DNA from: Nemertoderma westbladi | Lineage: Eukaryota; Animalia; Xenacoelomorpha | Assembly: GCA_032718475.1 (NCBI GenBank) | Contig: JAUCBJ010005878.1 | Coordinates: 1-36,309 of the forward strand | DNA length: 36,309 nucleotides | Direction of reading: 5' to 3' | In this document: positions 1 to 10,491 of the stretch, piece by piece | Layout of the letters: each line of letters begins with the position of its first letter | Numbering within the stretch: position 1 is the stretch's first letter | The notes under the pieces: generated by a model | The model's database searches: none | The model's input: the letters and a program-made list of their open reading frames with translations, nothing else | Told to the model about the DNA's origin: nothing | Position numbers and translations under genes: made by a program

Positions 1-146
1 CCCTAGTCCACAGTTAGAGTGCCCCATGCAAAATACCCCCTAATTCCAGACTTATTAACTCTCCATAACTGGTCATCAGTAATTATTGCATAATTTAGGA
101 TTTTAATTAAAGCAGGCCTAAGGTACTGTACAGTGGGACTGGACAG

Positions 147-1701
147 GCTCATTATGACCTGTACAAAACATAGAGGTAAAGTCGCGTTACGTCCCAAAGA
201 GCTTTAGGTTCCAAAGAACTTTAGGTCCCATTGCCAGAGAGCGTGAGGTCACATTGCCATTTAAAGGAGCAGGTTAGTAAAGAATCAGGTTACAGAGGCG
301 TGTTGGGTAACCAAATCAATAAACGAAAGTTAACACATGCGTTTTGTATTTGTACAGGTCTTTATTATTTGGGTCGTTGGTCTTTTGAAAGCGTCTGAAA
401 CTACTACAGGAACTCCATGACATACTATGGGCTAGCGACTCGACTAGGGACTGGCGCCCTTGTACATGTAAACTGTAGTACCTACTGTACCACCTACCTT
501 AAAGTGACCTGTGGGACCAGCCCATTATTAGTGAGGTCGGCATTTCTCTTTATCCTGCCGCTCTCTTTGTATTACAATATCATACAGCTAACTAATGGCA
601 ATGGTCTACCCCCAGTCCGGGAAAGACAAGCTGGCTACCATTGAAATGAATAGGGGAAGGATATGGTGTGTTCGTGTTCCCATCCTAATGTCTTTCGTCT
701 TGGCTCAGCTAAGCTTTAACAGAGCCACAGCCTACAATAGAGCTTTACCTAAATACACTTCCAGTGAGCCAAGCAGTAGTGGCGGGTTAGCTCCAAAATG
801 CCCATGTAGGATTTCTTCGAAAAAGGACCAATTGGTTGAGTTACGAGTTACAGTGAAAAAGTATTCATGATTAGATTTTGCTTTGAACAGGAGAAACAGT
901 ACCTTCTTGTATAGTTCATATGTGTACCTGTGTTAATTATTAGCGTTGGGCTTATTTCTATGTATAATGTCTGTATTCTATTTATGTCACGTGAAAACAT
1001 GCAAGGCCACTAGCGTCCAGTTTAAAAAAATGAAAACAGGATTCACATTCCGAATTATCTACTAATTCCCCCCCCCCCCCCCCCCCCCATGCACACTCAC
1101 CATATAGGCCCAAGTATGATTCACACATGACCTTACATAGCCATCACACCTCTCCTGAGCCACGGTAAATAATATTAAATCCAGCGAACTTCTAATTAAC
1201 TCCAGCGAAATTAATTATCAATATTTTAATTATATTCAACGCAGATACACAGATAAAACACAATAATTATTTATTAGATGGGAAAAAAGTTAAAATGTTT
1301 TCACTATTAATTCTCGAGGCATTATATTTACCGTGTGCGAGCGAGGTTAATAAAGGGTCAAGAAAATATTGAAAATAAAAATGTTCTATGTTTACCTTAC
1401 AAAATGAAAAATAAACGTGCGAAGTATAATACAGTAGTGTCCCTACTCGAACGGAACGGAACCGTCCGGGGGGGGGGGGGGGGGGGGGGGGTGTTGGGGA
1501 GGGAATGTCCGGAAATCGAAGCCTTTTTCTATCTGCCAACATCCTGGGCTTTACTTACACTCAGCCTCTATTCACTGGCTGTGATTGACAAGCCAACTTG
1601 CCTCAGAAGTTCCTTTCATGAATGCCGCAATTTATATTTGGCCACTTTGGTCGTTTTGGCCGCCAAAATGACCAAGTTAATGTTTATTGGGATTGGGACT
1701 G
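147..1701 (-). mobile_element. Inverted partial copy of the Tc1/mariner-like + MULE composite element at 5451-8921
   Basis: 147-619 and 1525-1701 are the reverse complement of about 5451-6187 plus 8162-8165. It ends in the same terminus ...TTTATTGGGATTGGGACTG followed by TA (1702-1703). Relative to the other copy it lacks about 90 bp near 387, which removes the MULE terminus, and has about 900 extra bp at 620-1524. Confidence 0.85.
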
Positions 1702-2479
1702 TACTCAATGTCATGTATCCCACTAGCATTAGAAATCCTACGCAAATTGCAATCCCAATGTACTCCTACAATCAGAGTACCATAACCAAGACGTAAAACG
1801 TACAAATGTAAAACACTTTCATTATTACCTCTATAAGTTTTGACTTTCCTTTTTAATTATCATGATTTACTTGCCTTTTTCTTACTGGTTTTTATCATCT
1901 TTTTCTTCAATACCAGTTTTTAATTTCCTTTTTTTTTCGCATTGGTTTTTCTTTCCATTTTTTTAAATAATGCCTGGCCTATCACTAAGCAGCCTTATTG
2001 CTGCTCCGATTCGCCACAGATTATACAATATTATTTAATCTTTTGATAAATTGGTATAATTACAGCATTATTATTGATAGATTTTCAGATTGCAGTAGCA
2101 GTACCGGTACTGCAGCAAAACTGCAGTTTACAAAAACCCATTCAGCACTCTCGCAATGGACAATACATATGTAAAACAAATTGCAGATGCGGCAGAATCA
2201 TCAGTGAGAGCTATCATGTTTAACTGTGCCATGAGGGAAGATGATATGATTTGTGCAGATTCTTTTGATGGGACAAATATGAAACAAGGATTTCAGTCTC
2301 TCTATGGCGCAGCTTTCGTAATTTACAGAAAACTGGTCTAATATTGGATTACGATATTTGTTCGAAATTTTGTAATGTTTGAGGTACCGGTACTGAGCTG
2401 GAGCAGGAGGAATCTGTAGATCACGATTTTGCGATAAATATCAATTTGGGAAATTGTGGTTTTTTATTGTGGTTCTTCA

Positions 2480-2610
2480 TACCTCTTCCATCCGGTAGCC
2501 TAGGAGACCTTGGGCCACCCTGGCCCTGACTGCCTGAAACATCCGAGTTCCTGAAGGAGATCGGGGCAAGTCTCCACTCTGTCACCCAGGAGCCCCGATC
2601 TCACTGCTTC
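2480..2610 (+). pseudogene. Small fragment of the C-terminal restriction-like endonuclease region of a CRE/NeSL-type non-LTR retrotransposon
   Basis: GC-rich island translating across a stop and a frameshift as YLFHPVA*ETLGHPGPDCL...EFLKEIGASLHSVTQEPRSHCF. This matches the FxPxAxETLGxxGP...FLKEIG...VTxEPRS pattern I recognise from CRE-like elements. Confidence 0.6.
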
Positions 2611-2634
2611 CAAACCACAGAACCAATACTGAAC

Positions 2635-3063
2635 CAATGACATAGATTCATCAATGTGGTTGTGCTTGCCACGGTCTCAAAGTCAAAAAAAAATTCTTTT
2701 TTGAGTTTGAGACATTGGCAAACCCAAACACATTGATGGATTTATGTCATTGAGGCCAGTAAGAAAGAGCTGGAAATTCTGAATAAGGTCCCAAAATTTC
2801 ATACATCTACCTTCAGTAGTTTTTGAGGAATAGGTACATGAATGAAACTGGCACGCAATAAATGCAAGCGGCAGAAAATGACGTTTAAATCGCAAATTTA
2901 CATTACCGCTAATGAACATTTCATGCTTATATGGGTCTCTGGTGCATGAAATGATTATCCTGATGCCACCAAAACTTGTCCAACACAAATATTCATCATT
3001 TGGAGTTAAAATCTGTAGGAATATTTTTTTTTAGTTTTTTTCAATTTTTCATGTTGAGCCACC
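2635..3063. mobile_element. One end of a probable Kolobok-type non-autonomous DNA transposon, with an internal hairpin
   Basis: Ends ...GAGCCACC followed by TTAA (3064-3067), i.e. an RR terminus plus TTAA. Imperfect inverted repeat at 2635-2752. Partner terminus not found. Confidence 0.35.
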
Positions 3064-3301
3064 TTAATATCTATTTATTCACAAAGAGCAACCAATACAT
3101 TCTATTTGTAAAGTAATATATTTTATCTAATAAACTTTAACATTAGAGCTCTGTAAAATCAATATAGGCAAGAATAGAAAAGATATACTTTATATGTCTA
3201 GACTCTTTCATTACACTGAAAGTCAACTTGTTTTCTGTTACAATAGACACTGGTGCTTTACTTTACACATAAGGTACATTTCCTATTTATTTATTACTCA
3301 C

Positions 3302-3515
3302 TTCTAGGTGCGCTTTATCGAAGAATAATGAGGTAAACTCATTACTGCAGAAATAATGAGGGCGGATACGTCGTGACTCATTATCGAATACTTCCTCAAG
3401 CACGACATCGGCCTTAAGTACCCAAACGGGGTCCACTATTCGAAAACAGGGACATGGCCTACCGTAGTACGGTGCCCCTGCACACTGCCCCTCTGCATCC
3501 TTGGACGATGTTGAT
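3302..3515 (-). pseudogene. Coding exon 3 of an unknown spliced gene or pseudogene (Cys-rich)
   Basis: ATTTACAG acceptor and GTGAGT donor. 214 nt, phase 2 to phase 0. Fully open: STSSKDAEGQCAGAPYYGRPCPCFRIVDPVWVLKADVVLEEVFDNESRRIRPHYFCSNEFTSLFFDKAHLE. Confidence 0.7.
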
Positions 3516-3779
3516 CTGTAAATATAAAACTATATTGTGTGAAAATATATTATAATATCTTCATATATAAAATACCTTTTAGGGTTAGCCACAAAATGAC
3601 CACTATAATAAATATATCAGATTGAAAAAATGAAAAACTATAGATTGCGTTCAATGTAGATTGCTTTTTCTCAAGAATATTTTGCAGGTACAGCTTTCGT
3701 ATTTAGTATTCTATATTACAAATTCAGAACTAATTAATAGTTATTAGTTTATTAATTATTTACTATTTATACTGTAATT

Positions 3780-4083
3780 ACGTTTTATAATAAATTGTTC
3801 TGTACATTACATCTTTATCGTTGAGTCGGGCATTGTCACGCTCTCGGTAAAGTTGTACATGTACATAGTGTAATTACGTTTTATATTGGTTTTAGGTTAG
3901 CGTAGTGTAATATTGTATTTGTAACCAAGTAACATAAAGGACCCCCTTGGAAATAAGCTGCAAAGCTTTAGGGGTAATCCTATATGTTATGTTGGACAAT
4001 ACCTTTATACCGGTACATTGTTTGGTGTATTTGTTATTGTTTTTACATAATGTATAAATAAATCTATCTATCTATCTATCTAT
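3780..4083 (+). mobile_element. 3' tail of a CR1/L2-group LINE (or related SINE) inside intron 2 of the unknown gene
   Basis: Stem-loop GGACCCC...GGGGTAATCC at about 3939-3980, then AATAAA followed by a (TCTA)n microsatellite tail ending at about 4083. The 5' boundary is approximate. Confidence 0.55.
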
Positions 4084-4182
4084 GAACAGTGTTATATACA
4101 TTTACAACATACTATTATTTTTAATTTTAGTAACTGTGTGTTGAGTTATGACATTAAAGAATAAACATGACAATAAACTCAC

Positions 4183-4509
4183 CCGTTGTAACTGCAATGA
4201 TTCTAGTCGCATGTAAAAGCCTTTTGAGTTCCTTCGATGAGCTTATGAGGGATGATGGAAGACTCGATACTAGGGGTATTGTCGGCGGGTCGTTCATCGG
4301 CTCCAACTTCGCGTCCTGGTAATCACCGGTAGATTAACAATCTGTTTGTTTGGGGTATCACCGGTAGATTAACAATCGTGTTTCCAGTGGTTGTTGGTTC
4401 TACTATCCGTAAGAACGATCCGACGCCAACTCCAGCAGAGTGAAAATATAACGCCGTAGTATGGGGATGCTCAGCCAACATGGCAAATGTCTCACCACTA
4501 ATTAAATCT
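4183..4509 (-). pseudogene. Coding exon 2 of an unknown spliced gene or pseudogene (two in-frame stops)
   Basis: TTTTTCAG acceptor and GTGAGT donor. 327 nt, phase 2 to phase 2. Reads DLISGETFAMLAEHPHTTALYFHSAGVGVGSFLRIVEPTTTGNTIVNLPVIPQTNRLLIYR*LPGREVGADERPADNTPSIESSIIPHKLIEGTQKAFTCD*NHCSYN(G), with stops at 4325-4323 and 4205-4203. Confidence 0.65.
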
Positions 4510-4864
4510 CTGAAAAAATTTCCAAAAATATTAATGTTAGTGCAGTAGTGTAAAAATAATTATAATTATTAGGGTTCAAATGTTATTTATTGTTAATATA
4601 TTTCAGTATTTATAAAATCTTTTAATCTTTATAAAATATATGTTCAGCTACAGTAAAACGTGATATATTTTACTTTATGGTCATTTTGGTCAAGCTAAAT
4701 TGTAATTTAACAGTCTAAATGATGCTATGGTATTTTTATAATTCCTGAAAATCTAATCCTTTGTTTCACGTCTGTTAAATGTATATTAAGTGGGTAACAT
4801 ATTATTTCAAAAAAGGTATTAATTTCAATATTAAATTTAATTATTAAATATTTTATTAACTTAC

Positions 4865-5031
4865 AGGGCGAACAACAGCGTTTGATATGAAGTGCGCTGT
4901 TTTTTGGCAGTTGGTGCTCCAGCTGCCTCTTTCTTCCTTGCTGGCCCATAGCTAACAGAATGAATAACTGCCTGCATTGCAGTGTTGTCGGCGATCTGCG
5001 AACCGCATACATATGGTAGTGCTACCTCCAT
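4865..5031 (-). pseudogene. Coding exon 1 of an unknown spliced gene or pseudogene
   Basis: TTGTAG acceptor immediately before ATG at 5031. Open frame MEVALPYVCGSQIADNTAMQAVIHSVSYGPARKKEAAGAPTAKKQRTSYQTLLFA(L). GTAAGT donor at 4864-4859. 167 nt, ending in phase 2. GC-richer than its flanks. Confidence 0.7.
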
Positions 5032-5937
5032 CTACAATGTTTTAATAAGGTTATTACTTGTAATATTATAGATCATAGTATTTATTTATAAGTTTTAGTA
5101 GGCCTACTGAAAAAGTAAAGTCGTTATTATTACAGAGGTAATGTAATGATGGCAGACATGTTGTAGTCATCACTCGTTACTTACAACAGTACCGTCAATG
5201 TATCCTGTAATTCGCGACAGTGTTTGACTGCTCCTCAATGTTTATAAACTTCATTGTATTAATAATACACACGACAATTTTACAAATTAAACAAGATTAT
5301 ATAATAATTTAATATAATAAATATTGGACTTGTTTAATAGCAATTTAAGCAATAAAAGTTAATTTGAACCTGAACATTAAACTGGAACTTTCATCATCTT
5401 GGATAACACACAAAAATTATTTGATAATATGAATTGAATACTGGTTATTACAGTCCCAATCCCAATAAACATTAACTTGGTCATTTTGGCGGCCAAAACG
5501 ACCAAAATGGCCAAATATAAATTGCGGCATTCATGAAAGGAACTTCTGAGGCAAGTTGGCTTGTCAATCACAGCCAGTGAATAGAGGCTGAGTGTAAGTA
5601 AAGCCCAGGATGTTGGCAGATAGAAAACCGCACTGGGGGTAGACCATTGCCATTGGTAGGCTGTATGCTATTGTAATACAAAGAGAGCGGCAGGATAAAG
5701 AGAAATGCCGACCTCACTAATAATGGGCTGGTCCCACAGGTCACTTTAGGGTAGGTGGTACAGTAGGTACTACAGTTTACATGTTCAAGAGCGCCAGTCC
5801 CTAGTCGCTAGCCCATAGTCTGTCATGGAGTTCCTGTAGTAGTTTCAGACGCTTTCACTCAGTATCCTAGTGTCCAGGAAGTTGGGAGTTGAGTGTGGGT
5901 GGGTGGATTGGTGGCCCCCACGCAACACCGCAGTGTC

Positions 5938-8314
5938 GGGTGACTACAAAACAAAGACCACCGACCCAAATAATAGAGACCTGTACAAATACAAAACACA
6001 TGTGTTAACTTTCGTTTATTGTTTTTGTTCCCCAACACGCCTCTGTAACCTGCTTCTTTACTAACCTGCTCCTTTAAATGGCAATGTGACCTCACTCTCT
6101 CTGGCAATGGGACCTAAAGCTCTTTGGAACCTAAAGCTCTTTGGGACATAACGCGACTTTACCTCTATGTTTTGTACAGGTCATAATGGGCAATTCCACG
6201 AAAAGGTCACCCCCACTAACAAAAATTGAAATGATTCAATTATACATATGATGGGTGTTAAAGTGATCCAGATATCCCAAATTGTTGGAAAAACACACAC
6301 TGAGCCCAATATATTTATGTAACTTCAAAAAAAAATAGGACTGAATATGAAGTAAATATATTCAATAAATCATATTGAAAATTCATTCAACTACTTTTGC
6401 AGTTATCTACACCTCATGGGGACAAAGAAAAATAAAATAACCAATTACTGACAGAAAAACTAATGGAGTTACAGTGTCAGAGATTTGGAGATTTCATATA
6501 TAGCGTATAATGTTCTACTATGCGGTTGTAATAGACCAAGTCAAAAATTACGTCCGTTATGGAAAAAGGTAAAAATTTTAAAATACAGGAGGAAGGGGTG
6601 ATGTATTAAACTCATCACTTTCTGTGCAAAGCAGATTTATTGTCTAGTAACTTTAGACAAAAAACTAACATCAATGCAGTAAGTCTTTGTTGTGTATTTA
6701 TCGTAACGGACGTAATTCGTGTAGAATTATGTTTAAGCGAGGAAATTGATACAATGACAATTACCGGTCCTGTGGTGTTTTTAGGCATTATTGAGGACTG
6801 TTGAATATAAATTAAGTGAATCAGAACATAAATAACAATAATTAATGGCAAGAATTTGGGACAAAAATGGTAAGTATTGCAATAATTTTAGTTTCCCGAG
6901 ATAGGCTAATTTTTGTTAAAGTTTTCTGTGATTTAAACCCTTAAGATTGTATCCTCTCATTTTTGTACTCCGGTTGGACCTGCATTCCACCATATAAATG
7001 TTACCAATAGCAATAAATTTAATATATTAGGCTTATCACTAAACAAAAACCATGCTAAAATTGGAAGTATTTCATAAAATAGGTACCAGTGGTTGGTTAT
7101 AGAGCAGTAACCATCTAATGTGGAGAAGGAATTAATATAATACCAAATTACTGACAGAAAAACTAATGGAGATACAGTGAAGGAACTTTGGTGACTTCAA
7201 ATATAGGGTATCATGTTCTACTAAGTGGTTGTAAATAGACCAAGTCAAAAATTATGTCCGTTACGGAAAAAACAGAAAATTTTGAAAATATTAGAGGAAG
7301 GGGTGATGTATTCGACTCATTGCTTTCAGTGCAAAGCAGACTTATTGTCTATACTTATTGTCTTATAACTTGAGACAAAAACTAACATCATTGCAGTAAG
7401 TCTTTGTTATGTATTTTCTCGTAACGGACGTAAATGGTTAGCTATAGAGCAGTGACCCTCTCCTACACTCTGCAAACAGCGCTACAGCCCTGTAATTTCT
7501 TGTAATTTTTGTTTTTGGTTATTAACAGCCTAACCTGAAGGATTGGCTACTTTTATTGTGTTACTGATAGTAAGGCTGCCTTTATTGCCTTTATGCCAAA
7601 ATTTAGCTCTTCTGCACCTCTAGACTTCTTTTTATCCAAAATACTATATTAAAAAATATTCAGTGTGACTTAAGTGGTGGATTTGCACACTTGTTTAGTT
7701 GAAAACATCAATTTACACGCAATGGAAAGTAACAGCATGTAACATAATTGCACAGTTACATCCGTTACAGGAGAAGGTTACGTCCGTTACGAAAATCAAT
7801 TGCAAACTGCATGAAAACCAGTGGTCAGTAGCCCTAAATTATTTTATTAATATGTTCGGCATCTATTCTGCAATCATTACTAATAAGGGTTTATCAGAAC
7901 ATTGCGTCAATTCGCACGAATATTAATGAGAACATGGCTACCTTAGAAATTCCATTTTGTGCGATTACGTCCGTTACAGGTGTATTAGCTTGCACTATAA
8001 GAACATGCAATTATTTAATAATAATCTGTGGTATTTACGTTATAGTACCAGTGGTCCAGCAACACCACACAAAATATTTATAAAAAATACTCAGTGCTGT
8101 TCGCAGTGGAGGCCTTTAAACTCTGTGATAGTTACGTCCGTTACCGTGGAATTGCCCTAATGAGCGTTATGTACCATTGCTATTTAAAGGAGCAGGTTAG
8201 TAAAGGAGCAAGTTACAGAGGCGTGACGGGGGATTCAAAACAATTAACGAAAGTTAACACATGTAACAAGATTATGCAGGTCTTTATAATTGGGTCTTTG
8301 TATTGTAGTCACCC
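5938..8314. mobile_element. Mutator-like (MULE) MITE, about 400 bp without its insert
   Basis: Termini GGGTGACTACAA / TTGTAGTCACCC. Imperfect TIRs of about 150 bp (5938-6087 vs 8174-8314). Perfect 9-bp TSD CGCAGTGTC at 5929-5937 and 8315-8323. Confidence 0.85.
6188..8157. mobile_element. Non-autonomous Sola2-like DNA transposon (1970 bp)
   Basis: Perfect 13-bp TIR GGGCAATTCCACG and 4-bp TSD TAAT (6184-6187, 8158-8161). GRG termini with a 4-bp TSD fit Sola2. Recurrent motif ACGTCCGTTAC. Internal direct duplication about 6440-6715 / 7141-7433. The empty site is visible at 147-159. Confidence 0.85.
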
Positions 8315-8388
8315 CGCAGTGTCCGCGAATTATACATTGTAAAAAAATATTTAAAAAAATTTGTATTATAAAAAAAAATATTATTGAA

Positions 8389-8576
8389 ATTAATTTCCGA
8401 AATTAACATCCCGAAATTAATTTATGGACTTCCATTAATTAGTTATTTCATTACGATTCTGATTGGTTGATAGATTAATTTTGGGACGTCCATAAATTAA
8501 TTTCGGGACGTCCATAAGTTAATTTCGGGACGTCCATAAGTTAATTTCGGGACGTCCATAAATTAATTTCGGGACA
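8389..8576. repeat. 22-bp tandem repeat (TTAATTTCGGGACGTCCATAAG, about 4.5 copies) with degenerate inverted copies upstream; probable remnant of a small DNA element
   Basis: Tandem units at 8474-8576. Reverse-complement units (CCCGAAATTAATTTATGGAC) at about 8389-8432. Confidence 0.7.
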
Positions 8577-10443
8577 TTCAGAATATTATACATATTCCTC
8601 CTTTAACGAAGCCCCATTCAACTCCTTTTATAAGACTGTATACTCTTATCAATGCCTCAGTGGGCGGACTCCAGTACTGCAAGGCTCAGCGCCGGGTAAG
8701 TTAACAATCTGTCAATAATAAAAATGAAAGCGAGCCGACATTTAGTCAGATCCACCAAATGGATGGCCAAGGAGACTGAATGTCTGGACTTAGCTGATTC
8801 GAGTTAAATCGCTTCGCCAAAACGACCAAGTAGCCCATAGGAATACACTACATTTTTTTGGTGATTTTGGTCATTTTGGCCGCCAAAACGACCAAGTTAA
8901 TGTTTATTGGGATTGGGACTGTATAAGTCATGAAAATAAACAAAAATAAATAAACTCTAAGCACAACATTTGGAATTGAACGGCCCACCTCGAATATATA
9001 TGAAGCATGTCACATAATTGCAAATTTATAAACTTAATACGTCCGGGTTCTTCTTTGAGTATATTAAATTTAATTAATTTGACGGACATTAGTAATTACG
9101 GAAACATTTCCTATATTTTGTACGTAGCTTACATATTAAATTAACTTACATTTGCAGGTGTAACTTGAAGAAGCAATCTATAGATCGGAACAACTTGAGA
9201 ATTGCTGAATAGGTTGAACTGGGAGAATAGGTTGAATTAAAACTATTAAAAACGACCAGTAAAAAAACACTGAAAAATTAAACATGAGTGATTGTTACAA
9301 GTTTTTATAAGTAACGTGGACGTTATAGTTTATTCAACCAATGAGAAAGGTCTCAGTCTTTAATGGTGACAGTTGATTGGACGCTACCATTTAATAATGA
9401 GATCAGATAGTAAGACCCGCCCTCTGTTTTACATGGATGGTAGAGAACAGAAGAACAGTCTCTATATTTAGCTGGACAATGCTAAGGGCTACACATCTAA
9501 TGTAACTTGTAGCTTGTTATTTGGCATTAATTAATTCGCTAATTTAAATTGTAACTAATTTCCCATTATATTAAATAGTAATATATTTATAAAAGTAAAC
9601 CACCTCAAATTGACTAGGAAAATACAGTCCAAACACACTGATTTTAAAAATAATTAAGGCAATTCATTCGAAATTTAAACCAATAATAACTTTAATAGTG
9701 TATGATGTTAGTTGTAATTCATATAGTGAAACTGACACTGGAAATTGCTGTACCTTCGCTCCCATTGTAAAAAGTAATGAATAATTTTGATAGTTTTTAT
9801 TTTCATAATGGGATTTTACATCTTTGAGGCCTATTGAATGTCCAGCCGTGTGGCGGTCAATTTGTCTGTCAGTCTACCGGAATATACATGGACGATAAAC
9901 CTATATAAATATAATCTATAAATATAAATATATTAGCGCCGCTGGTATTTACAGATACCGGTATGTGCTAATTAAAAGTAGCCAATCATATGAACGGGAA
10001 CGAATACTGGAATACAACTTACCGGTACTCACGCTAGGCAATTAGCTGCAAAGGTATGTTATGTAATGCAGAATATGTAAAAATGTAAAATATAAAACTC
10101 ACCTTATTACTGTATTAACAATCAGACAATAAACGTTGTAGAGTCTCAATAGGCCTAAACAATGGCTGAATGACTAGAAAAATTTACTATTATACAATTA
10201 TTGGATTACCAGATTACCGGAACAGATTACTGGTAGGTACAATTTTATTATTGGTGTAGGCCTACTCTTACCGGTATTGTAATAATAGGCCTAGTCTATT
10301 AGAAGATTCAATAGAAATTTTAGCAAAAAAATTAATTTAGAAATATTGTAAATGTAATTTTTTATATTACCGGTAGGCCCTATAAAAATATGCCAAAGAA
10401 ATCGAAATAAATGTACAAGAGCAGAGGTGGCCTACCTGATCAG

Positions 10444-10491
10444 CCGCGCCCCAAAAAATTGGAATGAAATTCCAATTTTTCTGGGGCGCGG
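10444..10491. repeat. Near-perfect 48-bp hairpin
   Basis: CCGCGCCCCAAAAAATTGGAAT-GAA-ATTCCAATTTTTCTGGGGCGCGG. Confidence 0.8.

Larger units (their letters stand above)
5451..8921. mobile_element. Non-autonomous Tc1/mariner-like DNA transposon (outer element of nest 1)
   Basis: TIRs of about 55 bp, CAGTCCCAATCCCAATAAACATTAACTTGGTC(A/G)TTTTGGCGGCCAAAA, at 5451 and inverted ending at 8921. TA on both sides (5449-5450, 8922-8923). No transposase. Confidence 0.8.

Noticed and set aside
1335-1796. 153-aa ORF sharing a peptide with ORF 5377-5571
   Set aside because: The shared peptide is simply the duplicated TIR region. The ORF crosses a G-run and element boundaries.
2089-2383. Possible plus-strand exon including ORF 2156-2341
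   Set aside because: It has acceptor- and donor-like ends, but no frame is open throughout, no partner exons were found, and no motif is recognisable.
4725-5012. 95-aa ORF from the track
   Set aside because: Wrong frame and runs into the AT-rich intron. The frame starting at ATG 5031 splices in phase to the next exon.
8474-8576. CRISPR-like 22-bp repeats
   Set aside because: Head-to-tail units without unique spacers, no cas genes, and a eukaryotic context.
9820-10160. Short minus-strand exon-like segments
   Set aside because: Splice-like motifs exist, but I could not assemble a consistent open frame.
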